From an uncultured delta proteobacterium (lineage in GTDB: Bacteria > Myxococcota_A > Polyangia > Fen-1088): 64,000 bases of DNA. Positions 51,874 through 62,286 of this stretch are shown here, piece by piece. The stretch lies in assembly GCA_963737265.1 (NCBI GenBank), contig CAVTRY010000007.1, forward strand, positions 256,001-320,000. The letters are read 5' to 3'. Both the position numbers and the translations under genes were made by a program. Position 1 is the first letter of the stretch. The number at the start of each line of letters is the position of its first letter. Below the pieces are notes generated by a model that worked only from the letters and a program-made list of their open reading frames with translations, was not told the origin of the DNA and did no database searches.

Positions 51874-52706
51874 AGGTGCCTCCTGCCCGCTTGCGGGCTT
51901 GGAGGTCTACCTCACGGTCACCGTCGCGCCTCAAAGCGGGGCGACGTAGCTGTCGTCTTTGGGGAGATGTAATTGTCGCTCAGCAGATCGAGGCATTCCC
52001 GGCAGCAAGCATGGCGCGGTCGCAGTCATCCAGTGCGCCAACAGCGACCTGCGCTGTAACCCTCATTCTACCGGGCGGTGGCGACGTCGCTTCCCACCTG
52101 CACGTGGCGCGCGGTGTGCCGCCGGGCCGAACGACAGTGCGCCTGGCCGCAACCGAAAACCTGGGCTCGCAGGTCGTTCCTTATCTCAACCGGCTTTCTT
52201 TGCTGCTGTTCTCGATGGGCAAGCCACCCTTGACGGTGTGCCAGCACTGCTCGACACGCATGAGCTGCTTGTAGCCAAGCGCCAGCCAAGGCCATCCTAG
52301 AGAAGAACGGCTTTTCCGACGTCACCAATGCCGGAGGGCTCAAGGACATGCCGCCCCGCTAGTCTTGTGTGACACGTTCACGTACGAACGGCAGCACCTT
52401 CTTGTGTCTGGCTCAACGTGCATGCCCACGTGCGCGTGGGCGCCAATGACCGCGACGGACTCGAGCACCTGTGCCGGTACCTTGCCAGGACGCCGATTGC
52501 GAACGCGGTCTGCAAGTAGGCGCCCCAGTGCCAGCGCCGCGGGTGGAGCAACCCTCGGCGCTTCACCTCGGTGGCAATCTCCTCGTCACTCAGACCTGCC
52601 GAGAACAGCGCCGCGATGGCTTGCTCCACCTCGACGGAGGATCGATACCATCCGGACCCGCGTCCCAGCCGCGCAACGGTCAGCTCGCTCACCGCTCCCG
52701 TCTGCC

Positions 52707-53390
52707 CTACATCGTCGCGAACAAGCCTTGCAGCATGCCGGCGAGGGCGGTCAGAAGTTGCTCCACGTCGAGCGCGGGCGGATGGTGCACGAGCGTGCGG
52801 CCTACGTTGCCCAAGGTCACGCACGCGAGCCAGGCCATGGGGCGAACACTGTCCTCCGTGCGATTGAAACGTGTGGCGAAGATTCTGGTGGTGGCTTCCG
52901 AGAAGGACTGAATCTCCGCGCCCGATATCTCTTCCTGCAGCTCTTCCGAAATCGCTCGCAGGCGCGCAGGCGCATCCGCGTGCAGCTCGGCCATTGCACG
53001 CGTCAATCCGACCATGACATCGACCATGTCCAGTCCAGGATCCGCAAGGCGAGCCAGCGTGTGCTGAATGAGAGGCATCACCTGGTCGCGGTGTCGTTCT
53101 TGTAGTGCCGCGAAAATCGCCTCCTTGTTGGGAAAGTATTGGTAGAGCGAGCCGATGGACACGCCGGCGCGTTCCGCGACCGCATTGGTGGTCACCCCGA
53201 GCCTGCCGTGCTCTACCAGCAATCGGCCGGCCGCCTCGACGATGGCGTCCACGGTTTGGCGGGACCGATCTTGCGCCGGGTCTCGTCGTGGACGACGGTC
53301 GAGCCGAGGTCCCGGAATGTGAGCCGGCGCTGCCCTTATGGGGCGTGCCTGTCGCGTTCCGATCGGTGTTTTGCGGGTTTTGCCGTTCAT
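52707..53390 (-). CDS. TetR/AcrR family regulator
   Basis: TTNAVAERAGVSIGSLYQYFPNK HTH. Confidence 0.93.
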   Translation of the reverse strand: MNGKTRKTPIGTRQARPIRAAPAHIPGPRLDRRPRRDPAQDRSRQTVDAIVEAAGRLLVEHGRLGVTTNAVAERAGVSIGSLYQYFPNKEAIFAALQERHRDQVMPLIQHTLARLADPGLDMVDVMVGLTRAMAELHADAPARLRAISEELQEEISGAEIQSFSEATTRIFATRFNRTEDSVRPMAWLACVTLGNVGRTLVHHPPALDVEQLLTALAGMLQGLFATM

Positions 53391-53479
53391 GGGGAAAGGC
53401 GAGTTTTCACGGTAAAAACAAACGTGCATGCTTTCAGCGAGAACCTAGCCCGCACAGCGGGCAGCAAGGAGCGAGTGCC

Positions 53480-54070
53480 ATGCAACCATCGAAGGCAACC
53501 GAGAGCAAGATCGTTCACACCTGTCCAGTCTGGATTGGCCACCTATTGGCTAGCCCTCTGCGACGCCTGTTCGAGAACCCGGCCACCGTTGTCCTGCCGT
53601 TGCTCAGACCCAAGGATCGCGTGCTCGAGCTTGGCCCGGCGCTGGGATTCTTCACCCTCCCGGTCGCCGAGGCGCTGGGTCCTGAAGGAAAGCTCGTGTG
53701 CGTCGACGTGCAGGAAGGCATGCTGCGACGATTGCGCAGACGCCTCGAGAAACGCGGGCTCGCCGGCCGAACCGAGTTGCGCCAATGCACGCACGAAGAT
53801 CTCGGGCTTGCTGACCTCGAAGGAACCTGCGATCTCGTGCTCGCGCTTCACGTGATCCACGAGACCGTTTCGCCTGCCGGAACCATGAAGGCACTGGCCA
53901 GATGCTTGAAGCCCGGCGGTCGCCTGTTGCTGGTTGAACCGCCCGGGCATTGCTCGCCCGCCGTTTTTCAATCAGAGGTCGAGGCAGCGGGAGCAGCAGG
54001 CCTGGAACGAGCTCCGCACCCGCGCGCCGAGGGCCGCAGGAACCTCGCGCTGTGGAGGCGACCCGCATAG
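53480..54070 (+). CDS. Class I SAM-dependent methyltransferase
   Basis: VLELGPALG, VDVQ and LKPGGRLL motifs; RBS AAGGAG. Confidence 0.9.
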   Translation: MQPSKATESKIVHTCPVWIGHLLASPLRRLFENPATVVLPLLRPKDRVLELGPALGFFTLPVAEALGPEGKLVCVDVQEGMLRRLRRRLEKRGLAGRTELRQCTHEDLGLADLEGTCDLVLALHVIHETVSPAGTMKALARCLKPGGRLLLVEPPGHCSPAVFQSEVEAAGAAGLERAPHPRAEGRRNLALWRRPA

Positions 54071-54199
54071 GCAACCCTCTTGATGTGCACTGCCTACGTT
54101 CCGTTCGGAGTGCGGATACTGGAGGGGCGCGACAAGTAGGTGGGATTCGAAGTGCCGTGAACGATGTGAAATGAGCTGTAGATAACTCGACCACAGCCT

Positions 54200-54715
54200 T
54201 CGTCGGACGACGACTTCACCGGCGTGTCAATCGTGAAATGCTTGGCAGCGCGGAATCGCAAGGCGATGCGCCAGTTGGTGCTGGCGGTGGGGCCAGCGAT
54301 GTTGCGGGCGGTTCGCAAAGTGCTCGGGGGCGCGACGGCGCGGAAGACGTATTGCAGGACGCGGTCGAGGGACCGCTTCATGCTATCCGAGGATTCGGTG
54401 GCCCGTTCAGAGTCGCGCCCGCGACGGCAGGCGACTGCAGCTCCGGCGCCAAAGAAAGACGACGCCGCAGCGCCGTTCGCCGAAGCGAATGCCGTGCGTC
54501 GGGCGGGCGAGTTACGACAGGCCGTGGGGCTCTATCAGTCATTGCGACGGCAGTTCCCGGAATCGGGCCAAGCGTTGCTTGCCTCGCTGTCGGTCGCGGA
54601 TATTCTTCTCGATCTCGGCGATCCTGCGGGCGCCATCGGGGCGTATGATTCGTATCTGAATCGCAACCCGCCCGGCGCGCTGACCGAAGAAGCCTTGTTC
54701 GGCCGAGCCGAACTG
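54200..54715 (+). pseudogene. Fused remnants: ECF sigma factor N-terminus and TPR tail of a FecR/anti-sigma-type protein
   Basis: AVRKVLG/AEDVLQDA (region 2) abuts FAEANAVRRAG...GALTEEALFGRA. Confidence 0.55.
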
Positions 54716-54849
54716 CGCTCAGATCGATTTTTAGCCCACCCCACGGTGCCTGGCGCAGGTAGCGCGCGAAACGCGGGGTCGATAGAAGTTCGCAGGTTCG
54801 CCTCCAGCGCTCGCTTGGCATCTTGTGTGGGCGCGACCTTGTAGGCTTT

Positions 54850-55053
54850 GTAGTCGCAACTTTTTCGCGCCGTCTCCGCATCGACGTGTTTACGCAAAGG
54901 CGCTAGCACCTCGGTCCCCGCGGCACGCAGCTTGCGCAAATGGCGAATATTGAGCAGCACGAGGCCCGCCTCCACCGCCCACCAGCACGGCGGCACCGGA
55001 TCGAGAATGTTCGCGGTGGCTATGAACATCACCTTCGACAGATCGAACGGCAG
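54850..55053 (-). pseudogene. Gene scraps: Lon protease (~21 aa) and possible M48/Ste24 peptidase N-terminus
   Basis: PFDLSKVMFIATANILDPVPP is a Lon motif; LNIRHLR...VDAET.RKS.DY is Ste24-like. Confidence 0.55.
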
Positions 55054-55088
55054 CAACTTCTGTAACCCGCTGACCGACATCCTCCTTC

Positions 55089-56141
55089 GTGGAGGCAGCG
55101 GCATGCGCAAAACCTGCGACCGGTTACACCTATGCCCGCCGGGAGCCGGAAAAGACTGCCCTTTTCCAGGTGCTCCAGCAGCACCTTCTGACCTTCGAGC
55201 AAGAGTGGACCGACAAGTCCGACGGCCGCACGCTGCCCAGCTTCGTGACTGACGAGCTGCACGACTTCCTAGGCTGTGGAATCTTGGCGCGAGGCTTCGC
55301 ACAACTTCTTTGCAAGACCTGCCACGAGCGGTATGCGGTCGCTTGGAGCTGCAAGGGTCGCGGCTTCTGTCCAAGCTGCGGCGGCAGACGCATGAACGCG
55401 GGCGTCCTGACTCTGGTCGACTACGTCCTGCCCGAAGTGCCCATCCGACAATTCGTGCTGACCGTGCCTTTCTCGCTGAGATTTCCCTTGGCCTCCGACG
55501 GAAAATTGCTCGGCCAAGTCCTGCGCATCTTCATCGACACCGTGGCGTCCAACTATCGCAGGCGCCTGGCAGATCGGGGTATTGCCGACGGCGAGTCTGG
55601 CGCCGTCACGCGATCATCCCCCCTCCGCGTCGTCATGTCGTCAGATATTCGGGGGTCATCTCAGCACACTCCAGCCTCCGCAGCCAAGTCGTCCCAGTCC
55701 CGGCCGCGGCCACGCCCGAGGAAAACGACAAGCCTTCACTGCTCCTTTCACACTACATTTCTTGGAGCCAGCTCCTAAAAAAGACATTCGACATCGACAC
55801 GATCTGCCCGTGCTGCCAAGAGCCCGCTGCGCCTCATCGCCATGATCGAGACCGAGGACACCATCAAAAAGATTCTCTCTGCCATGGGGCTACCCATCGA
55901 GGCGCCCAAGCTCTGGCCCGCACGGCCGCCTCCCTCGCAATCTGGTGGCGAGGGCGGAGACTGGCTGAACTGACGGCACCTCGACCAGGGCGGGATGGAG
56001 TAGACTGCCCTGCGTGCTCGAGAAAGACCCCGTCAGGCCCCAGAAACCCGGTCAAGTGCGCTGCGCCAACGTGATCGGGGCCGACCTGATGCGGTCCGAC
56101 AGGGTTCTCCAACGCTCAAAACACCCCTTCGAAATGCCTAC
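55089..56141 (+). mobile_element. Internally deleted IS91-family element with oriIS end
   Basis: Zinc domain SCKGRGFCPSC, QFVLTVP; jumps to PPPRRHVVRYSG...W.QLLKKTFDID.CP; HUH/Y core missing; ends TTCGAAATGCCTAC|GGTC. Confidence 0.88.
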
Positions 56142-56274
56142 GGTCAAGCGCCCCTGGATGCAGGATCTCGTGGTGCGCTGAACCTGAGACGCTTCACTTC
56201 AAGGCAGATTTGCGATGCCGCCAGTCAATGAAAAACATCATCTGGTCTGAGCTTTTTCATGGTACTTTCAGCCG

Positions 56275-57423
56275 GTGATTCATCGCTCGGTCTATGAAGC
56301 ACTGGTGCGGCGGGCACTGACGCGTAGCCCTGTCGTTTCCGTGCTTGGGCCCCGCCAAGTGGGAAAGACCACCCTTGCTCGAACCGTTGCGCGCGTCCCC
56401 AGGGTGACGGTCTTCGATCTGGAAAACCCCGCCGATTTTGCTCGGCTTTCGGCGCCCATGCGTGCACTCGAACCCCTGCGTGGACTCGTGGTCATCGACG
56501 AGATCCAGCGGTTGCCGAAACTTTTCGAAATTCTTCGCGTCCTTGCAGATCGGCCCCGGACCCCGGCAAGGTTCTTAATCCTGGGCAGTGCCGATCCGCG
56601 CCTGGTGCGCGGGGTATCCGAGAGCCTCGCGGGTCGTGTCAGTCACGTCGACGTCGGCGGGTTCGACCTTCATGAAGTTGGCGTGGACAGCTTCATTCGG
56701 CTTTGGCTTCGCGGCGGCTTTCCACGCTCGTTCCTGGGGAAATCGGACGGCGCCAGCCTGTCGTGGCGCCGCGACTATGTGCGGGACTTTCTTCAACGCG
56801 ATCTGAGCGAGCTGGGGGTGACCATTCCGGCCGCTACCTTGGGTCGCTTTTGGAACATGGTCGCCCACTATCACGGCGGGATCTGGAATGCCGCGGAGTT
56901 TGCCCGGTCCCTCGGAACATCGGAAAACACCGCTCGACACTACCTCGACATTCTCTCTGGTGCTTGGGCCGTGCGCGTCCTGCAGCCGTGGTTCGAGAAT
57001 CTGGGCAAGCGGCAACTCCGCTCCCCCAAGATCTATGTCCGCGACCCTGGGTTGCTGCACGCTTTACTTGACGTCGAGAGCCACCACCAACTGATGGGGC
57101 ATCCGAAGGTGGGCGCATCTTGGGAGGGCTTCGCCATCGAGCAAGTTCTTGCGGTCCTCGGAGTTCGCGAGGCCTATTTCTGGGGCACGCACCAAGGGGC
57201 CGAGCTTGATCTCCTGGTCACGCGCGGCGGGAGGCGCTACGGGTTCGAGATGAAGATGGCCGATGCTCCGACCGCTTCCAAGTCCATGCGGATTGCGATC
57301 GGGGATCTCAAATTGGAGCGACTCTTCGTGGTCTACCCAGGTCGGCAATCGTATCCGATAGACCGGCACATCGAGGTGCTTTCGATTCTAGACTTGCCGG
57401 CACGCCTTTCGGCTTTGAAATGA
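56275..57423 (+). CDS. AAA_14 ATPase with DUF4143 C-terminus
   Basis: GPRQVGKT, IDEIQ, LGSA, ESLAGR and ELDL...FEMK motifs. Confidence 0.92.
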   Translation: MIHRSVYEALVRRALTRSPVVSVLGPRQVGKTTLARTVARVPRVTVFDLENPADFARLSAPMRALEPLRGLVVIDEIQRLPKLFEILRVLADRPRTPARFLILGSADPRLVRGVSESLAGRVSHVDVGGFDLHEVGVDSFIRLWLRGGFPRSFLGKSDGASLSWRRDYVRDFLQRDLSELGVTIPAATLGRFWNMVAHYHGGIWNAAEFARSLGTSENTARHYLDILSGAWAVRVLQPWFENLGKRQLRSPKIYVRDPGLLHALLDVESHHQLMGHPKVGASWEGFAIEQVLAVLGVREAYFWGTHQGAELDLLVTRGGRRYGFEMKMADAPTASKSMRIAIGDLKLERLFVVYPGRQSYPIDRHIEVLSILDLPARLSALK

Positions 57424-57764
57424 ATCTCGTTACCCGAGGCGCGGGGGATGTGTCGCGAGAGGGGTGTCTGCTAGTCTTTCCTGGCCATCCGGCCGAAACG
57501 GAGCAATCCGACCAGGGCAGCCTCCCGCCACGCCGAGGCCGGAGCTATCCGTGCGAATCTCTCGGTAGAGGACACCAAGGGTTGGAATCGCGAAGTCGGC
57601 GATAGGGTCCGTGTCGATTGCCGTTGTAACTTGTATTGAAGACCCAGCTACGAGCCAGGACCTCCTGGAGTTATGGCGTCGCAAATGCAACAAGTGTGAA
57701 ATTGCAGAGGAAATTACGCCTTGGCTGACTTGCCCCGCGAGCCCGGCGAAAGCATCGTTGTCGC

Positions 57765-58411
57765 ATGTCCACCTCGCTCTGCCGTAACGCGTATGACCAC
57801 CGGCTTCGCGACATCACTTGCGAAGAAGGTGACCCCATGCTGTTCCGTGACCTCGGTGTGCCGCGCTCCACTGCGGCCAGCTGGATTCGCCGCGGCCAGC
57901 GCCCGGTCGTTTCCGCCCAGGTCCTTGCCTTGGACCAGCTCGAACTCCAGGCCGAGGTCCTCGCTCTTGAGCGCAGGATTAAGTTCCTCCTTGCCGTCAT
58001 CCGCTTGGCCTTCCTCCTTGTGCGCCTCTCCGGTTTTCGTCTCGACACCAAGCACGTGCCTGACGGCGCCACCAAGCGGTCCATCCTGGACGCCATCGCG
58101 CACGCCACGAAGGTTATCCCGCTTGCCGTGGCTCTCCGGGTGTTGCGGCTGTCCGCTGCAAGGTTTCATGATTGGAGCAAACGCCCGCCAGACTGCTCTC
58201 TCGACGATCGTTCGAGTTGCCCTCACACGTCGCCCACGCAGGTCACCGCCAAAGAGATTTCCGACATGCGGGACATGGTCGTCTCGAATCCAATCGAGAT
58301 CTGTCCTGTGAAGCGTGTCGACTACCGGTCCAAGACACGCCCGACACCTCGGATTCCTCTGCAATCTCCAGCGTGTTGCAATTGCGCGAAGGATCGGCTG
58401 CAATGTCCTGA
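57765..58411 (+). pseudogene. Internally deleted transposase remnant
   Basis: N-terminal HTH VPRSTAASW, LRLSAARFHDW, SCPHTSPTQ; no DDE core visible. Confidence 0.5.
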
Positions 58412-58602
58412 TTCGCAGCCGTGTTCTGCACTTTGTGAACATTGCGTCTCACGCGGCCGAGGCGCCTGCGAACCGGACCGGCGAGGACGAGATTGCGCTG
58501 TTCCTCGAGACTTGGTTCACCACACGCGCGCGCAGCGTTCCGTCAACAGCCCTCACGCGAACGCGAAGAAATTGGTTCGGGCCGGTGGACCTTCATGCCA
58601 CC

Positions 58603-60625
58603 ATGCCCGGAATGGAATCGGGCTTCGAGGCAAGCCAAAACAACAGGCCATGGCGCGGGTGGCTGCTCCTCGTGGGTTGCGCGGTGGCCCTGCTGGCCGC
58701 CCTGGGCGCGTACCGCGTGGTCGACGACCCGGATCTGTTTTGGCACCTCAAGGTTGGCGAACAAATCCTGGCCGAGCACGCGGTGCCGACCACGGATCGC
58801 TATTCGTACACCTTCGAAGGTCGTCCATTTCCCATCGTCGATTGGGCCGCCGAGGCGACGATGGCCTGGCTTCATCTGCGCTTCGGCGCTGGCGGACTCT
58901 TTGCCATGGCCGCGCTGTTGGCCGCGGCTACCATGCTCTTGGTGGCGCTTCGTATGCGCGCCGCCAGCGAACGGCATTCGCCCACGTTGGCTGCGCTGTT
59001 TCTGCTTCTGGTCTACGCCGTCGCGACTTTTCGATTCACGCCCAGGCCGCAAACCTTTCTTTGGGTCTGCCTTGGCGTTCTTCTGGCGCTTTTAGAACGG
59101 GCGCGGGACAATCGAGCTCTTGCGCCGGTCTGGCTGGTTCCGCCGTTGGCCGTGGTGTGGGCCAATCTCCACTCCTCGTCGATTCTTGCGTTGGTATTCC
59201 TGGGCGCCTTCGTCACGGGCGAGCTGTGGACGGAACGCGCGCATGTTCGCCCGCGCTTGGCGAAGACCTGGCGCGCCTTGCTTGGGCTGGGCCTGCTCAG
59301 CATCGCCGCGTGCTTCGTGGTGCCCCACGCGGGCGGCCGATTGCATGCTACGTTCGCTGCGTTTTTCTCGCCGTATTCCACCAGCGTGCTTTCGGAGTGG
59401 CAACCGACGACGCTGGACCAGTGGCTCGCGCCGAGCGGGCTTTTGCTGGTGCTGACCACAATGGGACTGGTTCTCGATCGCCGTCGCACGCACGCCTCCG
59501 AAGTGTTGGCTTTTGCCGTTGCCGCGTGGCTTGGATTTCGTCATATCCGCTTCCTGCCTATTCTGGCGCTGGTGGGCGCCCCCCTTGCGTACCGGCACTG
59601 GTTGAATCTGCTTTTCCGTCGAAGTCGACCGGGCGATGGCGGAGCGCCGCCACGCTGGACTCGAATCTGGGCGCGTGTCGATGGCTGGAGCGCGGTGGCC
59701 ATGATCGCGGGCTTCGCCTGGGCGACCATGCTTGCGGACAGCAGGAGCCCGTGGCTGGGCGGGTTGGGGAAGCCCCACGCCGACTTCGCGGGCATGGCGT
59801 ATCCCGTGGGAGCGACGGATTTCCTGGCCCGGGAACGTCCCGGCGGGCACATGTACAACACTTTTCACTTCGGCGGCTATTTGCTCTACCGGCTGGGACC
59901 AGAGGTGAAAGTGTTTGTCGATGGGCGCACATCCAACGTTTACGACGACGCGCACATGCGTGATGTCATGGAAATTCGTTCGAGGTGGCGCCACACCTTT
60001 GCCCGCTGGGATATCCAGTACGCGGTGGTTCAGCACGGGGAAATCGAAGACCAGCTCGCGGCGGATCCTCGCTGGTCGTTGGTCTACCTCGACGATGCAG
60101 CGTTGGTGTTCGTGCGCAAGGATGGCGTGAACGCGGCCTTGGCGGGCAGGTTGGCATACCGCGCGTTGCGACCGCCGTTCGCTCGGCCGCCCGCCGACGA
60201 AGCCGAACGAACCCTGTTTGTCGAAGAGTGCGAGCGCGCGGTTCGCGAAGCGCCTCGTTCAGCGCTGGCGCGTATCCTGCGTGGACGGGCGCGGGCGGCC
60301 ACCGGTGATGTGCCGGGATTCGAGGCGGACATGCACGAGGCAAGGACCTTGGATCCGACGCGTGCCGAACCATGGATTCGGCTGGGGCTGCTCGCCTTCG
60401 GCCGAGGACGGATGTTGGAAGCGGCCGAGAGCCTGGCGCGCGCTGCGGTGCTGGAAAGGAACCCCAACGTTTTCGGCATGCAAAGGGCCGCCGCGAACCT
60501 GGCGTTGGGAAATCGGAGTGCCGCGCTCGAACATTCTGCGCCCTCTGGTCAACGAAGGTCACGGCATCGAGGATCTTCTGTCGACAGCGACCGCGCTGGC
60601 GTCCGGGGGCGGAAGCAAGCCCTAG
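58603..60625 (+). CDS. Polytopic membrane protein (possibly GT-C-like) with C-terminal TPRs; probable frameshift near 60530
   Basis: DPDLFWHL, RPQ, WANLH, GGYL and FVDGR motifs; C-terminus continues NILRPLV... in another frame. Confidence 0.7.
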
Positions 60626-60844
60626 CGACGGGCTAAGCGAGGGGCCAGGTCGCCGCGCTGGTGCTTTTCCCGGGCGGTGAAGTCGAGACGGACACGTCTT
60701 CTCCAATCGTGCCATCCTGGAGAGGCGCCCCTTTCTGCCGCCTTCCGCGACGTCGCTGCGCTTGTCGCGAGATTACGGGGGGAACTACTACGCTTGCCTT
60801 ACTCGTCAGTAGATTGGTAAGGCAAAGCTGCGAGGCTACGGGGG

Positions 60845-61507
60845 CTATTTCGCGCCCGCTTTCTGCGCGCGGACGGCCTCGCGCCATTCGTAGAGTTGCT
60901 CGCGATAGGCTTCGGCGATATCGTGAGCCTTGAGCTGCTGCTCCTGCGCGAGCAACGCTTCGGCATCGAAATACGCCTTGGTGTCGTTCTCGTCCATTTG
61001 TGCCTGCGCATCCGGGTGTTTGGCCTCACTGCTCGATGAGCCGCCGGGCAACGCGTGCCGAAAGCCTCCGCCTCTTCCCATTCCACGTCCGCCTCCCCCG
61101 CCAGGCCCGCGACCTCCGCCGCCGCCTCCGGGCGAATTTGAATCCTGGCCGTTGTTGGTCGGCGCGCTTGCTGGAGCGGCCTCGCTGCTCTTGCCGGAGC
61201 TCGGCGCGGCCGTCTTCTTACTGTTGCCGCCAGGCTGATTGGCGGCGCGAATAGCCTCGTTGGCGGCCAGCATTTGCCGGTCGATGTCTTCCAGCTTCGT
61301 CGTTTGCTCCAGGGTCAGTTGCAATTCACCTTGGTGGGCCAAAACTGCTGCGACTGACGAATGAAACAGCGGAGGCTTCGGGGCTGGTGCGGGCGCCGCC
61401 AAGACAGGCTGGGCTACCGGTTCGAGCGGCGCCTCGGCGCATGCCATGGTCAGTACCAGCAGCGTCGTCAAACATGTCCTGCCAATTGTTGCGCTACACG
61501 CGGACAT
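60845..61507 (-). CDS. Hypothetical lipoprotein with Spy/CpxP-like helices and a Gly-rich insert
   Basis: TMAC lipobox; ELQLTLEQ...L..EQQ pattern. Confidence 0.55.
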   Translation of the reverse strand: MSACSATIGRTCLTTLLVLTMACAEAPLEPVAQPVLAAPAPAPKPPLFHSSVAAVLAHQGELQLTLEQTTKLEDIDRQMLAANEAIRAANQPGGNSKKTAAPSSGKSSEAAPASAPTNNGQDSNSPGGGGGGRGPGGGGGRGMGRGGGFRHALPGGSSSSEAKHPDAQAQMDENDTKAYFDAEALLAQEQQLKAHDIAEAYREQLYEWREAVRAQKAGAK

Positions 61508-61638
61508 GGGCGGCAATCTACTCCTTGTTGGTCGTGCAATGTGCGGCCACAGCAGCAAAGCAGAACGGGCGGCCAGGGGCGAGTGACTGCCGAATTCGCA
61601 CTCTCCTTGCAGCAAGGATTCTGGAGTAAGAAGAGCGC

Positions 61639-62262
61639 ATGAAGACCTTCAATGGCGTCGAAGTCTACGAAAGCCTCAACGAAATCGTCGATTCGTCCCA
61701 CAGTTGTCTCGTGGTTTGGGACGTACAACAGGGGCTGGTCAACCGCATCTTCAACAAGGATGCTTTTCTGGCTTCGTTGGCGTGCTTGCTGGATGGGTTA
61801 CGGGGGAAAATCCCCATCGTCTACACCCTCATCACGCCCTTGCCCCAGGCGTACCAATCGGGCTGGAATCTGCTTTCAATGATGCGAAGGTGGCAAGTCG
61901 ACGACCCGGCGAAACTGCCGGCATTCATGGCACCGGGCTCCCCGGAAAGCGAGATTCCGCAGGCTATAAAGCCGCATGCCGGCGATATCCAGATCGCAAA
62001 ATCCACGCCCAATATTTTTCTCGGCACCAACGTCGAGCTGATGATGAAGAATCGGGGCATCAAGAGTCTGATTTTTACCGGCATCGCCACCGAAATGGGG
62101 GTTGAGCATTCCGCCCGCGATGCGGGTGCACGTGGGTTCTACCCGGTGGTCGTGACCGACTGTGTTTCTTCCATGAGCCGCGAAGGGCACGAAAGATCCC
62201 TGGCCAATCTGGCAAGGCTGACGACGACGGCTAGTTGCAAGGAGATTCTCGACTGCTACTGA
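61639..62262 (+). CDS. Isochorismatase / cysteine hydrolase family protein
   Basis: VWDVQ, AK, TGIATEMGVEHSARDA and DC motifs. Confidence 0.9.
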   Translation: MKTFNGVEVYESLNEIVDSSHSCLVVWDVQQGLVNRIFNKDAFLASLACLLDGLRGKIPIVYTLITPLPQAYQSGWNLLSMMRRWQVDDPAKLPAFMAPGSPESEIPQAIKPHAGDIQIAKSTPNIFLGTNVELMMKNRGIKSLIFTGIATEMGVEHSARDAGARGFYPVVVTDCVSSMSREGHERSLANLARLTTTASCKEILDCY

Positions 62263-62286
62263 GTCGAAGGTGCGAGGACGCTTCCG

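Larger units (their letters stand above)
49493..51985 (-). mobile_element. Complete IS21-family element, 2493 bp
   Basis: TG...CA ends with imperfect inverted repeats (TGCTGGACGTCAACTACAT / TGCTGAGCGACAATTACAT); 6-bp target duplication GATCGA. Confidence 0.93.
49170..52510 (+). pseudogene. Degenerate IS91-family transposase interrupted by IS21
   Basis: CPTC...SCRGRGFCPSCGGRRM zinc domain; resumes after IS21 with GAVAVIQ...NPH and VHAHVRV...DRDGLEHLCRYLAR. Confidence 0.85.

Noticed and set aside
54066-54100. TGCACTGCCTACG match to the attC3/attC4 interior
   Set aside because: No R or L boxes around it; better explained as a TAGGCA/TGCCTA hairpin after the methyltransferase gene
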